From Octopus bimaculoides (lineage: Eukaryota), in contig NC_069002.1 in NCBI RefSeq assembly GCF_001194135.2, positions 17,071,423-17,135,422 of the forward strand: a DNA stretch of 64,000 nt. The letters run 5' to 3'. The notes under the pieces are model-generated. The model made no database searches and was not told the origin of the DNA. It saw only the letters and a program-made list of their open reading frames with translations. The first letter of the stretch is position 1. The number at the start of each line of letters is the position of its first letter. This document shows, piece by piece, positions 35,898-48,914 of the stretch. Both the position numbers and the translations under genes were made by a program.

Positions 35898-37076
35898 GTA
35901 AAGAGAAGTCTCTTGTTTATTTTTGTTATACTTGTTTACTGTCCCAGGCCAGTCCTGAATTAACTGACCTATTGATCGAAAGTGTTTCAGTTGAAACCAT
36001 CTCGACCTTTTGATTTTAATTTCGTTTAGAGTTATCTAGAAGAACTGCGATACTTCAAACTGTTCTTTCCTTTATTTTGTGATAGTATGATATTTAATTT
36101 TAGGAAGATTTGGTTGCTGTTTCTAACATTTCAACATATTGAAGAATCTTCTTTGCGTGTGCATATGCACACACACGCACACACATACGTAGACGCTTTC
36201 GAACGAGGGGGAAAAAAAACACAGTACTCAATCCACAATGTGTGTATTTATCATTATTGTATTATTTATCATTATTATAAGCTCTTTGGTTGTTATGTAA
36301 CAGTGGTCCACGTGAAGATTCTATCATTATATAGTTATGATTGCTCGCGTTGCCGTTGATCAGGGAACTTAGGCTTTATCGAATAAGAAGTCGAAATTGA
36401 AAAGCTCTTTTAACAACAAAATCCATTGAACTCAATTTCATATCTCGAATCTTACTCCTCTTTTGTAATAACAAATTCATGCACGCACACACATACACGC
36501 ATATATTATTTATTAATCGAAGTGTACAGTATTATATATCTATTACGGCCGATGTGACCAATCGGTTTCGCACTAAGGATTCAACGGGTTATGTAACAAC
36601 CCGGTTATGTAACCCTGCGCTAGGGGATAGGGTATATACGTGTGTGTGTGTGTGTGTGTGCATTATATATATATATGGCGGAGGTAAAGAATACGCACAC
36701 CACCCGTTTTGGGCGTAACCCTAATACTAAACACTGAAAAAGTGTGATGTGCGTATTCTTTACCAACGGACATTAAATGATGATGATGATATGCATATAT
36801 ATACCTGAAAATTGGCCTTGCCCAGATGTGGTTTGGAGGTTCTGTTTTATAGCTCGTTAATTATTTCTAGTAATCAGTACTAAATACTCATGATTTATGT
36901 ATGAATTCATACGGGTTGGTCAACAAAAAGTGTACTCCATCTGGCGAGAGTAAAAATTATTGTTTTATACGATCACCTCACATGCATAAACCACGCTACT
37001 AATAGTTTCACGTACTTAGGTTTCCATTTAGGTGAAGCTAGTGTGCTTTATGCATGTGAGGTGATCGCATAAAACA

Positions 37077-37111
<35 letters not shown>

Positions 37112-37844
37112 AGTACTGTGAACGTGGTGTTCTTAGGTAATAGAATTATAAAGAAAAAGAAATAAAACTGTTTATAAAATAAGTTATTGTGTTGATTATT
37201 AGAGGGTGTCTCCATTTCTGTAATAAATTGCATCAAAGGTAAGCCCAACCCTAAAAATCATAGATTAGTCCACATGCTCATCGTTTTGTTTTCACACACA
37301 TACACATACTAGCGTAACCAGTGTGTGTTTACACATACAGACACGTATCGCACATGTGTATGTATATGTTCAAGTTGAACAATGTTTTTAACTAGCTAAA
37401 TAAATAAACTGTGCATTGTGAGTTCAATCTGATGTAAGGGCTTTCTTATTTCGTTTCCCTATGGAGGACACCTTATCCCTCTCTGACCAAGTCCATTTAG
37501 TTCGTCATTGTAAATGTGTTAGTGCCAGATTGTCTGGGAGAATATATTTTTCCCCCTTGCTTATCAGAAGACATTTAAATATGTCTCTGTGTCTGCTGTC
37601 TCTCTTTATTTGTAAGTCTCTCTCTCTCTCACTCTCTTTCTCTGTCTTTCTGTCAATCTTTCTGTTTGTTCTTCTGTATGTGTATTTGTCTATCACTATT
37701 CATGTTTGTCTTTCTGTCTGTATTTCTAGCTGCCTTTCTCTGTCTGTCTTTGTCTCTCTTTCTTTCTGCCTGCCTATCAGTCTTTCTATTTGTCTATGTC
37801 TGTCTATATATTTGTCTGTATGTATCTAATTTTCTGTCTGTTTG

Positions 37845-37898
<54 letters not shown>
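37845..37898. repeat. (TCTA)n microsatellite. Many (TA)n, (TG)n and (AAT)n tracts occur elsewhere, often at N gaps.
   Basis: Seen directly. Confidence 0.95.
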
Positions 37899-37899
<1 letters not shown>

Positions 37900-38599
37900 C
37901 TCTTTGTCTGTCTGTGCGTCAGTTTACCTGTTTATATATATATGGGGGTGGTCACTAAAAAAAAAGTCGATAGGTAAATTTTTGTTTCGGGTGTTTACAG
38001 TCCTCCCCCCCCCCCAAAAAAAAAACCGGATTTTGTGTTCAATAGTTGTGATTTCACGTATATCAGGTTATATAACTGACCACGATATGGCCTTGAATTT
38101 CTTATTGTTGGAAACTTGTCATTTTGGTACGATTTATTGGGCTAAATCGAAAGATTACCGATTTATTTATAATCTGGTGATTTGATCTTTTTTTTTTCAC
38201 CTTTGTTTTTCCTTTTTTAAAGTTTCTCATCTTTGTTTCTTTTTTCTTTCTTTCTTTAAAATACCTCACCGCACTGTCTATAGTTTTTCCTTATTTCCTT
38301 CACCGCATTTTGTAAAGACTGAGTGCTAGAATGCACAAAACAAAAAAAACATACCAGTAGTAGATGATGTATATCTGTTTCTTTTAAAACCATACGCTTA
38401 TGAGCCATGTTATCTTGAAACAAATATTGCAGTTGTATCAGGCTTTGAATAGTGTATCTGCATTAAGTATGATGCACAGATTGCTATTTTGAACTAATAC
38501 TGCTTCTGTCACTCATAATGGTGCAGCTCTCCAGCTTGCTAGCTCTGGTCAAGCCGTCCGACCCATGCCAGCATGGACAACGGACATTAAATGATGATG

Positions 38600-38643
<44 letters not shown>

Positions 38644-38963
38644 NNNNNNNNNNTGTGTGTGTGTGAAAATTTATACTACAGGCTTTAATTACAATTGCAA
38701 TATTTGTTTCCATGCTGTGGTAACAGCTGCAAGTTGTTTAGTTTTCAGTCTTGTATCATTACATGGATTGTTTTATAAATAATTGCATAAATGAATACAA
38801 TCCAGCTGCATTTTTTCCAGGCATGTTGCTTTCAAAGAACTGCTGGATCACATTCAGTTTCCTCACTGTCTTTGCATTATTAACCTTCTTCTTTTACCGA
38901 GTAGCTCACAGTTCAAGGTGACACAAGTTATAAATACTAATATATATATACATATATAATATA

Positions 38964-39272
38964 CAAGACGGCACCCAAAAGTAACTGGAAATGTTCTCTG
39001 TGGGACAAACCCATTGTAGTTCAGCCTTCTGCTGCTAGAAGCCACTTGATACAATCCTCAGGCATCAGTCTGCTGACTGGTGTTAAGTCTGGTTGTACTG
39101 CCACATGGTGCATCTTTGTTTTACAGTGCATCTCCCATGTTTGTTGATTTTTGCAATAGCTGAAATGAAGGGACAGCATGCTTCCATGAAATTCTGTTTT
39201 CTACTGGGGAATATGGTAGCCAAAACAGTTGTCATGCTTCAAACAGCTGCCATGAGCAAAACACAAGTTTAT
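38964..39272 (+). mobile_element. 5' fragment of a mariner-like element (same family as 135-405)
   Basis: Colinear similarity to 135-405; ASMKFCFLLGNMVAKTVVMLQ remnant. Confidence 0.65.
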
Positions 39273-39639
39273 GTAATTTAGCAATCAAGGATTGAATCCA
39301 TGTTATGCCTGCATGAAGCCACTACAAATATGTTGTGGAATAAAAAATTTATCTATTGTCTTGGAAAAAGTGTAACTGTAAAAAAGCAGAATTATCGGTG
39401 TAATGGGCATTCAAAAAGTATGTATGTGTAGAAATGTATGAATGAAGTCTTTAAGATTGAAATCAAGGAAGTGCAATAATAATGTTTAGCAGTTCAAAAC
39501 TGAGTAGTGAAATGCAGAATTAGGTTGGCTGATCGTGAGAATCAAATATTGATCACTTCGCTAAAAACTGCAGGTGATATGGGTTATTTCCCTTGGATTG
39601 TTTAAATAAAATGTTAGTAATATGTAGTAGATAGAAGGA

Positions 39640-40560
39640 TCCTTTGGAGGGGCCCTGTTATCGATTTAAAGCAACTTGATGTGGTAATATGCACATTATA
39701 TTGCCCACCCAATGCCTCAAATCATAACAGTAAATTTGAGGAAAGCCTTACAATGATAAAAGAAGTGCTAACAAAACAAGAATAAAGCGTAAATGTACTT
39801 CTGATGGGTGACTTCAACTTCTATAATATTAGATGGCTGGAAAGTGACCTAAACTCAGGAATGACATGCAAAAAGCACAATCAAATAGAATTTTTGCTTG
39901 ATTTCACAAAACTGCTGTTCATTGGGCAAACCGTACTCTTCCCAACCAGAAACAATGTCTTAGACCTTTGCTCCACCAACTGTGAGGAACTTATTCCCAG
40001 TGTGAAGATATCACTGACAATATTCTCAGACCATAACATTATAAAACTGATGACGTAAAAACCAAAACTAATTAATGATGTATTCCACACAGATGGTATT
40101 CAAACCATTTTCAGTTTGAACTCCTATAAAGCTGGCTGCAAATCAGTTGAAAAACAGATTCTCCAGCAAAACTGGCTTAAAAGTCTCTCTTTGCAAGACA
40201 TTGATATGAAACTTAAAGAATTCATGTCACTAATGTCCCAGAGAAGAGAGCAACTACATATAAAAACTTCATTCTCTGAGCAGGAGAGTCCTTATGAAAC
40301 AGAGAATAAAGTTCTCTAAGTACTTAAATAAACTTAATGATAGTGAGAAATCCCTCCTCAAAGAAGTACTCTTAGTGACTGAAAATAAACCCAGACTCTC
40401 CCATAAAAGAAAGGGTAGAAAGAGAATCCAGGGCAGTGGACAATATTAAAATGGATCCTAAAACCTTCTACAAGTTTGCAAAAGAATCTGCCTCGGTTAA
40501 CTACAAGGGCCACTGTTTTTTAAGAAGACAGTTCACTGACGGCAGACCCCCAGGAGGATA
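39640..40560 (+). mobile_element. CR1-group LINE endonuclease fragment
   Basis: YCPPN, LMGDFN, PTR.NVLDL, SDHNII and later DPKTFYKF remnants. Confidence 0.8.
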
Positions 40561-41094
40561 AGTGAAGTGCTAATAAATAAACAATTCCAAAATATCTTTA
40601 TCTTTCCACTGAGGCTGGAAATGGAAAATAGATTTCTTGTTCAGAGCAAAGGTCAAATTTTGTTAAGGAAAGACATCAATCACTTCAATTGACTCTAAAG
40701 GAACAAAAAGCTGTTGACAACAATGGGATTTGAACTCAGAAGTGAGAGGCTCTTGACTGCATACATAAAATGTATCTAATGCAATAATAATCTCTACCAC
40801 TCTGGTTTTATATCTGAAATTAGTTGCAGAATTTCTGAAGACACAAGATCAAGTGTTAAATAAGAGGCAAGATAAGCACTTAAGTCAACTAAGAAATGTT
40901 ACTGGCATTTGTTTACTCTACCTCCAATGGATTAGAAGCAAATCAACTTACATGCATTTTCTACAGTGTACATAAACTTAACTGCCCTATATTTTGTTTC
41001 TACAGTTACTGTTGTCTAATGACAAAGCTAATAAATTTTATTTTATTTTTTTGAAAATTTATGTAGTTCGCCTCAACCTGATACTCATTGTAAA

Positions 41095-41515
41095 CAGACC
41101 TTGCAAACCAAGGAGGAATCCTTGATGTGGAACTGTGTTCCCTCAAACCATACCCAACCCTCTCAGAAAAAGCAGTTGACACTCCTCTTATCTGTCAAGG
41201 GACATGACTAAGCAAAATAATTGTCTTTCAAAACATACATATTTCAACTCACTCTGACACTCATTGCAACATTGAATTGACAAACCAAGGAGGGAATCTC
41301 AATATCATAGTTTACTTACTTGAATTTAACCACATTCCCTCAGACCATACCCAACTATCTCAGAAAAGACAACTAACACTCTTCTTACTTGTCTAATAAC
41401 ATGACGAAGCAAAATTAATTGTTTTCCAAAACGTGCATGTCTCAAATCACTGGTTCTCATGGTAGTATTGAATTTACAAACCAAAGAGTCTCAATATTGT
41501 AGTTTACTTGCTAGA
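41095..41515. repeat. Diverged tandem duplication of about 180-200 bp
   Basis: ACAAACCAAGGAGG...CCCTCA.ACCATACCCAAC...AAGCAAAAT blocks occur twice, with a third partial copy. Confidence 0.7.
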
Positions 41516-41630
41516 AATAACAACCATGTCTAACTTAATAGCACCACCTGATAGAATTATCTAAATCCTTTTTAAGTCAAGTTTTGTGGTATTATGGGCC
41601 ATTCAAGTAGTCAGTTCTTGTTGAATGAGT

Positions 41631-41702
41631 TGTATCCAGGTATGGGTGGCTTATCTGTATCCAGGTATGGGTGGTTTATCTGTATCCAGGTATGGGTGGC
41701 TT
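41631..41702. repeat. 25-bp tandem repeat x3 (TGTATCCAGGTATGGGTGGYTTATC)
   Basis: Seen directly; no spacers. Confidence 0.95.
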
Positions 41703-41709
41703 GTAGAAA

Positions 41710-43470
41710 TTTGTCCAGACTTTGTTTAAAGATGACGGGATCCTTGTTCTGTGGACCGGAAGGTTCTTAAGATCCAGGAGTTCATCCTACGAGCTACATC
41801 GACCTTATTGTTGATGTGGGTACTCCAACTGAGATTGTTATCAACAATTACACCTAGGTCTCTGATATTATTAGATGCTGTGAACGGTTCCCCTGAAGGA
41901 AGAGAGTACGGCTGTTTTAGTATAGTCTTTCTTCCAAAATGCATCAGCTCAAATTTTCCCTCGTTTAGTTTCATTTTGTTTTTATCTGCCCATTGACTCA
42001 GAGCATATAGAACAGACTGGAGTTCAGTTCGGTCTTCTACTTCATTGATGATTTGCTGGAGCTTAGTGTCATCAGCAAATATTTTCACTTTGCATTGATT
42101 TACAACGCTGGGAAGGTCGTTTATGTAGATTATAAAGAGGAGTGGGCCCAAGACAGTCCCCTGAGGAACACCACTGGTGACTTTTGCTGGGCTTGAGTGA
42201 ACTCCATCGACCACAACATGTTGTGTTCTATTCGCCAGGAAATACTCAATCCAGTGTAGAAGTTTTCCATGGATTCCAACATTTGCCAATTTTGAGAGTA
42301 AGATATTATGGTCAAACCTGTTGAATGCTTTACTGAAGTCAATATATATGACATCAGAGTTTGAACCTGTTCCCAAGGCTTTAAGTATATCTTCAATGTG
42401 GTGTAAGAGCTGTGTTAGACAGTCCCTGCCACAGCGAAATCCATGCTGGTTTGCATTTAGGAGTCTGTGGGTCTCCAGGAAGCCAGCTATCCTTGATCTT
42501 ACCACCCTTTCAAACACTTTAATGATGTGGAAGGTGAGTGAAATTGGGCAATAGTTGACTGCGAGGGATGTTTCCCTGCTTGAAAACCGGGATGACAGAC
42601 TGGGTTAGGAGCTGTTTCGGAATATAACCTGAGTCTAAAGAATTTCTCTAGGGGTTGGTCAGAGGGACTGCAAGTTGGTTTCTACATTCCTTCAGGAGAC
42701 TTGCAGGGAATCTATCAGGGCCTACAGCAGAATAGTATTTGACCTCATTTATTGATGTCTGAGGCAGCGATGGTTATGTCCGAGATTTTATATTGCAAAT
42801 CAACTTCATTCGCTTCTCTTACATCAGTATCAGTGGGATCACTAAAGACAGAGCAGTATTGTTTATGCAGTATTTCTGCCATTTTTTTAGCATTGTGTTG
42901 AGGAATGCCATTATCATCAATCAATGGCCCAATAAGTGAGACAGCAGTTCTATGCTTATTTGCATAATAATAGAACACTTTTGGGTTCTTTTTGATGTTT
43001 TTGATTACCCACTGTTCCTCTGCAACTCTTTGATTTTCAATGGAGGTTTTCATGTCGGTCTGCAGATGAAGTTTTTCCAACTCCAGCCTTTTCATTGTTG
43101 TTGAATGTGGATGTTGTATGAGGGAGTATTTTAACTGGTTGATTTTTTATTGAGTCTTTTGATGTGCCTGATGAGTGTTTTCTTCTTTCTAGGGAGCCAG
43201 TTTCTGTTTGTGTTTGTGGATTTTGTAGGAGCGTGTTTTGAGCATGTATAGGTGACAATGTTCTCAAAGTGCTACTATGCAGTCTCAATGTGAGTGGAAC
43301 TGAGAGTGTAGGACAGATCCTTTCTGATTGCTCCCCAGTCTGCTTTGTGGAAGTTTATGTTGTCAAATAAGTGCAGTGGAGTGGGACTGGCTGGTTTGGT
43401 TTTGATATGCCGGGAATTAAAATTGCAGAGTATCATGTCATGGTCTGAGAGGAGAGTTTTTTCAACCGAA
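41710..43470 (-). mobile_element. CR1-group LINE fragment (end of APE domain plus RT)
   Basis: QHGFR.GR.C.TQL, YIDFSKAF, SGVPQGTVLGPLLF.IYINDL, FADDTKL and RDLGV; upstream KNPKVFYYY and SDHD. Confidence 0.93.
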
Positions 43471-43535
43471 ATACTGTGAACGGAGCTAGAGTGTTATTAA
43501 GGCAATATGTGTATGTATATATGTATGTATGTATG

Positions 43536-43568
<33 letters not shown>

Positions 43569-44889
43569 NNNNNNNNNNNNNNNNNNNNNNNNNNNNNNNN
43601 NNNNNNNNNNNNNNNNNNNNNNNNNNNNNNNNNNNNNNNNNNNNNNNNNNNNNNNNNNNNNNNNNNNNNNNNNNNNNNNNNNNNNNNNNNNNNNNNNNNN
43701 NNNNNNNNNNNNNNNNNNNNNNNNNNNNNNNNNNNNNNNNNNNNNNNNNNNNNNNNNNNNNNNNNNNNNNNNNNNNNNNNNNNNNNNNNNNNNNNNNNNN
43801 NNNNNNNNNNNNNNNNNNNNNNNNNNNNNNNNNNNNNNNNNNNNNNNNNNNNNNNNNNNNNNNNNNNNNNNNNNNNNNNNNNNNNNNNNNNNNNNNNNNN
43901 NNNNNNNNNNNNNNNNNNNNNNNNNNNNNNNNNNNNNNNNNNNNNNNNNNNNNNNNNNNNNNNNNNNNNNNNNNNNNNNNNNNNNNNNNNNNNNNNNNNN
44001 NNNNNNNNNNNNNNNNNNNNNNNNNNNNNNNNNNNNNNNNNNNNNNNNNNNNNNNNNNNNNNNNNNNNNNNNNNNNNNNNNNNNNNNNNNNNNNNNNNNN
44101 NNNNNNNNNNNNNNNNNNNNNNNNNNNNNNNNNNNNNNNNNNNNNNNNNNNNNNNNNNNNNNNNNNNNNNNNNNNNNNNNNNNNNNNNNNNNNNNNNGAT
44201 GGAAAGGAGAGATAAGAACAGAAAAGATTAAAGAGCAGAATATAAGGAAAGTTGTCAATGCCAGTTTGTGATACAAAGTACTGACAGGCTACTGACCCAC
44301 CTCCTACCTCTCCCCACATATGTCAGAAAACTGTGTTCCTGCAAAATGCGCTTTCTTATATATTCACTGACTTACCCTGGTCCTTAAAACAACGAACCTC
44401 CACAGCAGCTGGATATGATTTTATGGTAGACACAAACACGATGCCTATGTTGATGTTTCATGCTTGTCACAGGTAGAACAGTGACACCTCGTTGTAAACA
44501 GGAGCAATGAAGGTATGGCTTCAGGAATACAACTGTGCTGAAGTCTGTGACTGGCTCAGTGCTTTATGGAACTCTTTCTAAATGCCCCTCCCCATCTCTT
44601 CATACCAATGTTTCAATCAGGTTAATATTTCAACTTGACTTAATAATAATAATAATAGTCCTTTCTACGATAGAAACAATGCCTGAAATTTGGGTTGGTG
44701 GGAAGAACAGTCAATTACATTGACCCCAGTGCATCGACTCCAAAAGAATGAAAGGCCAAGTCAACCTCAGCAGAATTTGAACTCAGAACGAATAAATGGA
44801 CGAAATGCTGCTAAGCATTTTCCCCAGTGTGCTAATGATTCTACCAGCTCACCGCCTTAATAACAATAAAGATGATGATGATGATGATA

Positions 44890-45620
44890 ATAATAATAAT
44901 GTCTTCTTTATTGGCCACAAGAGCCAAACACAAAACAAAAAAGAACAATACAAAACAAGAGACATGTGAGGCTTAGCACTAAAATCCATGTATATAGTAA
45001 AACTACTAACAATTAACAACAAAAATTAGCCAGATCCATCCTACAGTCATCAAGCTGTTTGACAAGTCAGCACACATCTTGGACAGGTTTGTCTGACTGC
45101 AATGCAATGCCTGTAGAGCTTTTCTCAAACCTGTTGAACCCCCTGGCAGCACTGCCATGCCAAGGATTTCTGGAAATTATCCCTAAGCCCCAGCCTGAAA
45201 GTCCTCTGGAAAAGACCAGCTAATTCATCCCTCATGATGGTCAGAGTTTCTCCAAGGATTTCATCTTTCTTGCCCACCACTAATCTCCTACAGAACTCCA
45301 ATGTGGTATTTCCACCAACCACATTGCCCAACTAGCAGAGGGCTCTGAGAACTTGCTGATACTCCAGGTGTCAAGTGCTCTTTCTTGCACTACACTTCAT
45401 CCAGGACTGTAACACCATCAGTGAGACAAGCTGCAGAAAATCTGTCTGACAAACTACAACCACACCTGCTCACTTTAAGGAAGCACTGGAGATGTCACAG
45501 CCTCAGCATGTCTGCACATCCTTAGCCACAGCATGCCCGGTCCTCTACTCAGTGGCCTCTGACGACCAGAACATGTCCCTTCCACAAAAGTGGAAGAGCA
45601 AGCACTCTAGCTTAATAAAC
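44890..45620 (-). mobile_element. 3' end of a Tx1/L1-like LINE
   Basis: Decayed ORF remnants followed on the minus strand by AATAAA and an (ATT)n/(ATC)n tail. The clade call is tentative. Confidence 0.45.
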
Positions 45621-45676
45621 CGTGGAGCAGGGCAAGGGACAATGGTCAGGTGGTGGTAGATGATGGAAACGAAGTA

Positions 45677-46959
45677 TGAGGTTGGGCTGAAAAGTTCATA
45701 GGCTGACTAAGAAGGGGTTATCATACAGAAATTAAACTTGGCATGCCTTAAATTCAACCTTTACTGATGCTAAGTGCATGTTTTCTTTCCACATGAACCA
45801 GCATTGGATACAAAATTGAGGACTTGGAAAAGTGGTACAAGAGACATTTCATGAAAAATGGATAATTTTTGGCTCCGTGGTGTTATCAAATATCTGCAGA
45901 AAAAGGGGGTTAGCCCCCAAGGACATTCATGTTGACATGGCTGTTACATTAGGGGATGATACTGCAGCTTTATCAAGTGTGCAAACTTGGGCAGCTAAAT
46001 TCAAGAGGGGGTAGGGAAGGTATTAAAAATGACCCAAGGTCCAGACATCCTGCTACAGCCACCTCCCAAGAAGACATCAACCACGTTCACCACATGGTGA
46101 TGGATAACAGACGTTTAAATGTTAATCAGATAGCTAATGCTGTAGGCATCTCCCATGAACTAGTTGAAAACATTCTGCATAACGAACTTGGCATGTCGAA
46201 GGTTTCTGCTTGGTGGATGCCTGATCAAAAGCACACCAGGCTGGTCATGTCGCAGGCAAACTTGGCACTTTTTGAAGCAAATCCAGCCGGTTTTCTTGAA
46301 TGTTTCCTCATCCAAGATGAATGTTGGGTTCACCACTTTGAGCCAAAGACCAAACAGCAGTCCATGCATTGAAACACCCATCTTCTTCTCCACCAAAGAA
46401 GGCCAAGGGGGTGTCATCAACAGGGAAGGTAATGGCCTCTGTCTTCTGGGATGCAAAGGGCATTGTATTCATTGACTACCTTCAGAAAGGCCATGCTATC
46501 AATGGAGAATACTATGCCAACTTGCTGAGGCAGCTGCAAAAGGCAATCAAGTCAAAACAGCCTGGAAAACTGATGAAGGGGGTCCTGCTTTGCCAGGACA
46601 GTGCTCCTGCACATAAATCTGTGGCTGTAATGGCTACTGTGCACAACTGTGACTTTGAACTAGTTGATCACTCTCCATATTCTCCTGATTTGGCACCATC
46701 TGACTATTTTCTGTTCCCCAACATGAAAAAGCACTTGGCAGGGAAACAGTATCTAACTGATGATGAGGTCATATCTGCTGTTGAGGACTTTTTTGAGGGT
46801 CAGGATGAGAGCTTCTATGCCATGGGAATCCAAGCACTGCATCACTGATGGAAGAAGTATATGGACCACAGGTTAGACTATGTTGGAAAATAAAACACAT
46901 TTGGTCTTGTTTGATCATTACCTATGAACTTTTCAAGGTCAGCCTATGAACTTTTCAGC
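45677..46959 (+). mobile_element. Decayed mariner (irritans/Himar-Hsmar2-like) transposon
   Basis: TIR GCTGAAAAGTTCATAGGCTGAC at both ends; motifs QDECWVHHFEP, KVMASVFWDAKG and PYSPDLAPSDY; in-frame stops. Confidence 0.93.
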
Positions 46960-48204
46960 TGGCAGCATCATTAGCATGCTGGGCAGAATACTTAGCAGTA
47001 TTTCACCCATCACTATGTACTGAGTTCAAATTCCGCCAAGGTCAACTTTGCCTTTCATCCCTGCAAAAGCAAGGATAGAAAGCAACAATAAGTCAAGTAA
47101 AGAAAGACAGCAGTGTTGGCCAAAAGTGTATACTTCAATAGTTCACAGGATAAAGAAACAAAAGGATAGTAAAATGAACAATAAAAAGTTTTTAAGAGGA
47201 AAGGGTGGTAGTTGTATAGAATTTTTGAAGGGTATTTTTAAGCTTACACAATAACATCTATGTTCTTGTAATAATAATAATAAAAAGGTCATGTAAAATC
47301 ATAAATAAAAGTTTCACAATTGTTTTAAAACCAGAGATGGATGTAGGCATTGTACTTTGCTGCAAAAAAAATGTATTTAACCTGGTGCAGTACATTAAAA
47401 GCACTGCAGTTTTCCAAATAACCAGACATTTTCTAACTCAATCTTGCAACCTGGAAGTGAGTCATGACACAAAATTATCTAGTGCACACAATCTGCTGCT
47501 ATTGCTCCATGGAACAATTTATAATAGTAAAATATAGAAACTGTCGTTGGTTTTATTATTATTATTTTGTATTTACCACCAGTCAGACCTGAATCTTGCT
47601 ATAGCTGTGTGTATGTGTGGAGATGTGGATGTATGGTTTTGATTGTAGTATGTCTTCATAAACATTTTTAACAATTACAATAAAAATGGTAATTATAGAA
47701 AACAATGATAATTACTCACACACACACAAAAAAAAAATAGAATTAATGTAAACAACAACACTACTATTAGAGCTGATATTGGCAAAAGCAGCTGTAAAAT
47801 TAATGTAAGCAACAATAACAATTTTTGGTTTGTGTTGTTGGCAACTGGCAACACCTGAACCTAACAAGGATATTATAGAAGAAAAAAAGACATGGATTAG
47901 GTATGCCATAAGGGGCCCATGCCTCTTTGTTTGAAGAGTACATCAATGAGAAAGAGCAAAGAGAACAGTGATCTACTTCTTCCCCAAGGAGAGGAAAGTT
48001 TCAAATGGCTTCAAATGAGGGATTTTGGAAAGGCAAAGGGTGATCCAAAAAGTTTGGTGCCGCAAAGTATGGCCTTGCTAATTACTGTTAGGCTAGGGAA
48101 TGTATTTGGGTGAGAGAACACTCAGTATTGGTACTCAGAATAATCCCGGATCTGATTGGCCATAAATGGTGGTCCTCCTCTTGGAACTTGACCATATATT
48201 CTAT

Positions 48205-48397
48205 ATTATCCTTTTACTTGTTTCAGTCATTTTGACTGCAGCCATGCTGGAGCACCACCTTTTAGTCAAGCAAATCGACCCCAGGACTTATTCTTTGTAA
48301 GCCTAGTACTTATTCTATAGGTCTCTTTTGTCAAATTGCTAAGTTATGGGGACATAAACACACCAGCATCGGCTGTCAAGTGATGTTGGGAGAACAA

Positions 48398-48430
<33 letters not shown>

Positions 48431-48600
48431 CATATATATATGATGGGCTTCTTTCAGTTTCCGTCTACCAAATCCACTCACAAGGCTTTGGTCGGCCTGA
48501 GGCTATAGTAGAAGACACTTGCCCAAGGTGTCACGCACTGGGACTGAACCCGGAACCATGTGGTTGGTAAGCAGGCTACTTACCACACAGCCACTCCTTA
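48205..48600 (-). mobile_element. Long tRNA-headed SINE with internal (TA)/(CA) microsatellite; further copies at about 19985-20400 and 31260-31900
   Basis: Minus-strand head GGAGTGGCTGTGTGGTAAG...GGTTCCGGGTTCAGTCCC; colinear copies. Confidence 0.75.
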
Positions 48601-48914
48601 TTTCATTTGATTTTTGTGTAAATCCCCACACTTTCTTGTAAGCTGTTCCTTATACATAGCTACTGTAAGAATAATACAGGAGGATGGCGGATTGGCAGAA
48701 TTATTAGAGCAAGAGAAAAAATGCCTTGTGGTATTTCTTTTGGGTCTTTAGGTTCTGAGTTCAAATCAGACCAAAGTCATCTTTGCCTTTCACCCTTTCA
48801 GAGTCAGTAAAATAAAGTGCCTGTCAAGCACTGTGGTCAGTATAATTGATTTAGGCTCTTCTTAAAATTGCTGGCCTTGTGCCAAAATGTTAACCCATTA
48901 TCATCATCATTATA

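Noticed and set aside
41631-41702. CRISPR-like array (also 51061-51154)
   Set aside because: The repeats are contiguous with no spacers, and the context is eukaryotic.
43476-44319. Long ORFs here and at 34155-34649 and 59297-59934
   Set aside because: They are open only because they run through N gaps.
47718-47862. Hydrophobic, TM-like minus-strand frame between AG and GTGAGT
   Set aside because: It is low-complexity T-rich sequence with no partner exons.
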